A DNA stretch of 64,000 nucleotides, taken from Auanema rhodensis (Eukaryota > Animalia > Nematoda). The stretch spans positions 13,578,001-13,642,000 of the forward strand of contig OZ059897.1 in the NCBI GenBank assembly GCA_964057225.1, given 5' to 3'. Position 1 is the first letter of the stretch. The number at the start of each line of letters is the position of its first letter. The notes beneath the pieces were generated by a model that was given only the letters and a program-made list of their open reading frames with translations, made no database searches and was not told where the DNA came from. The position numbers and the translations under genes were made by a program. Shown here one piece after another: positions 61,688-64,000 of the stretch.

Positions 61688-64000
61688 TATTCTACATTTT
61701 CCGTGTTCTCTTTCTCTCCTTGGCTGTCGAGACTCGTTTTCGATCTCATAGCCTTTTATAGCGTCTTTGCGAAACAGACGCGCGAAACACCTAGGAATAA
61801 CTACAGGGACCTTTTCTTCTTTTGATCTTATCTCAGTTGCCAGACAACTTTGTCATTAATAATGTATAGTTTGGAATGAGCGTTTGCTTTCGTCTATGAC
61901 AAGATTCATCACAATCTTTCTGTCGCAATCATATTCAGGTCGAGGGAAATTGGCTTCATCTTATTGTTTTACACCGTAAACTACATTCATCAGCAATGAG
62001 CTGTACGTACTCGGTAATATGAGTACAAGAGCCAACCATGCAGTTTTTTACATAGATGGGATGTGATCGGCGTCTTTTTGAACAAAGGAGGGCACGACTC
62101 ACTCTTCATGATGATGGGTTCCCATGGATAAGATGTAGGTATTTTTTAAAACAAACGGCTTCGCAGTGACTGGTACCCCCTTTCCTCCTCATGTTCCTCA
62201 GCAATTTTTTGAATGATCACGATGTATCAAACTTTACCCTGATGATTCAGATTTCTTCAAAGAGCATGGGCTAATGAACATGTACTCTCCAATCACAGTT
62301 CAGCTGTCTCACATAGGTTGGGGTCAATCAAAAATTGCTTGAATACATTGAATTTTGAATGATGGTTACTAAAGGAAGACAATACACATGAAGAGATGGA
62401 TTAGACGTGTTGGCATCTGCTGTTGCTGTTGTGTCCTCATATTTTTGTATCTGGTACTGTATGTGCTGTGAAAGATGAACCAAAAAGAGCCTAATGCACC
62501 TGTTACTTATTCACTTAACAGTATAGTAAGAAAGGGTCGGATAAAATAATTTGGCCGACTATCATAAGTTTGATTCAATGACAATGCATAATAGGTTTTG
62601 TTGTTTGATAGTGATTAAACACATCGTATGATGTATACAGTATTCAAAAAAGATTCAAACCTTATAACTTTAAGTTTAATGTTTAATTCTTCTAATTTTC
62701 TGTTCAAACAAGACTATATAAATCTTAGTTGAGAAAAGTCCTATTATGCTTAGCTCCACTCAAGCTCTCTCAATAATTACTTACGTATCAAAGAGTAGAG
62801 TCTCTTGAAAAAAAATAGTTAGATCATACGTATCGTCAATAACGGAAATTTCTACCCAGATTAATTGTTCTAGAGGCATCCGCCTAGCCATTAACGCTCA
62901 ATCTTTTTCATAACCACACATACCGCTCAACATCTGGCGACAGTTGCTTCTTAGATTCAAACATAAAAGCGATAGCATGAGTATTTCTTTGTTTCTTAAC
63001 GGGTCAATTATGTGTTCTGTTGCAATCTTGTGTTATTTTCAAAGAGTGCTATTATAATTCCTGGGATTGGCAGTTATTTCTCGGGACGTTCAACATCTAG
63101 TTTGGATATCCTTGGACTGTGGAACGGAGTTCTATAGACGAGTTACTACGCGCCAAAAACCAATGAATTCCTTGAAGTTTAACTCACTGTGACATTAAAG
63201 GTTGTCAAGCCTAAAGTGATATGCATTAACTCGCGTGCCAATCGCTGTCCATCCAGCATATTTTCTTGAAATCTTGAGGGCGGCAACGTTTCATCGGCCT
63301 TGGCTACTCATGTTATCGTTGTAGATCAGTTAATGTTAGAACTATCTTTTGCAACCTTGGGTTTATGCTGGGCTTTTCCACTTTTCACACCCATTGAAGC
63401 AACATCTTGAAATAGTAAGCGTTTGATCTTTATCGTATTTGCAAGCGCTAAAATGAAGCAAATGACTTCTTGAAAAAAAGATACTTTTATACAAAAGAAT
63501 ATTTTTCAATTTCTTGATTAATGGTCATTTTCCCGCTTCAAATTGGCAGTTTGCTATCTTCTTCAACTATTTAGAATTACCTCATTTGAGACATTGTGAC
63601 ATTTTGTCTGCCTGTTGCTGATAGCTACACATTTTCGAAGATTTAGATTCAATCGACCTCCTAGATGACTTCGGTTTATTAACCTCCTGCCATTGATATA
63701 AACAAATGAAGACAATGAAACAGTTGTTGGATATGCGAATTTGAGACAGCCTGAGATGGAACATCGTATCGTAATAGCAGTATGGGGGAAGGTACATTCT
63801 GCTCAAACTTCTGCTGACTCTCCTGTTTATACTTCATTCAAAAGAGCTATGATCATAAAAAACTTACCATTCAAACGGTACTTCTGTTGTTACCCAATAA
63901 ACATTGTTCCAAATAAGGCAAGGTGACTTGACCTATCACCTATAATGTATTCTTCCTTCGCACTCTAAAGAAAACCGCCTATAGTTTATGATTACAATGA

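Noticed and set aside
63360-63447. Insulin A-chain-like RCCFNGC on the minus strand
   Set aside because: It lacks the terminal Cys, and no B-chain or signal-peptide exon is evident.
1-64000. tRNA, rRNA, SL RNA, CRISPR arrays, prokaryotic operons
   Set aside because: No such signatures seen. The window is spliced eukaryotic DNA.

Overview
This is AT-rich, very intron-dense eukaryotic DNA with nematode splice signals (TTTCAG acceptors, GTAAGT donors, many 40-55 nt introns). It is most likely a rhabditid (clade V) nematode other than C. elegans. Most ORFs in the supplied track are spurious or partial, so I assembled the genes by hand across splice junctions. (1) A tandem-repeat galectin lec-3 (+, 5654-13356) with candidate alternative first exons and two in-frame Cys-containing micro-exons, between which lies a nested inverted repeat. 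(2) A full-length SCPx gene (-, 14439-17747) in which the daf-22-type thiolase is still fused to an nlt-1-type SCP2 domain, with signs of an internal promoter for an SCP2-only transcript. (3) Agrin agr-1 (+, 19246-34846, about 43 exons), which holds a nested antisense gene for a small tail-anchored membrane protein (about 27805-28367) that the ORF track only partly captures. (4) An uncharacterised, mostly disordered protein with an AKAP2/MISP-like coiled motif (-, about 35975-40171). (5) About 15 kb with no confident gene. (6) Cyclin D cyd-1 (+, 55393-59646) with an LxCxE motif and a C-terminal DSGxxS degron-like motif. I saw no tRNA, rRNA, CRISPR array or intact transposase. Gene identities come from recalled C. 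elegans protein sequences, not database searches.
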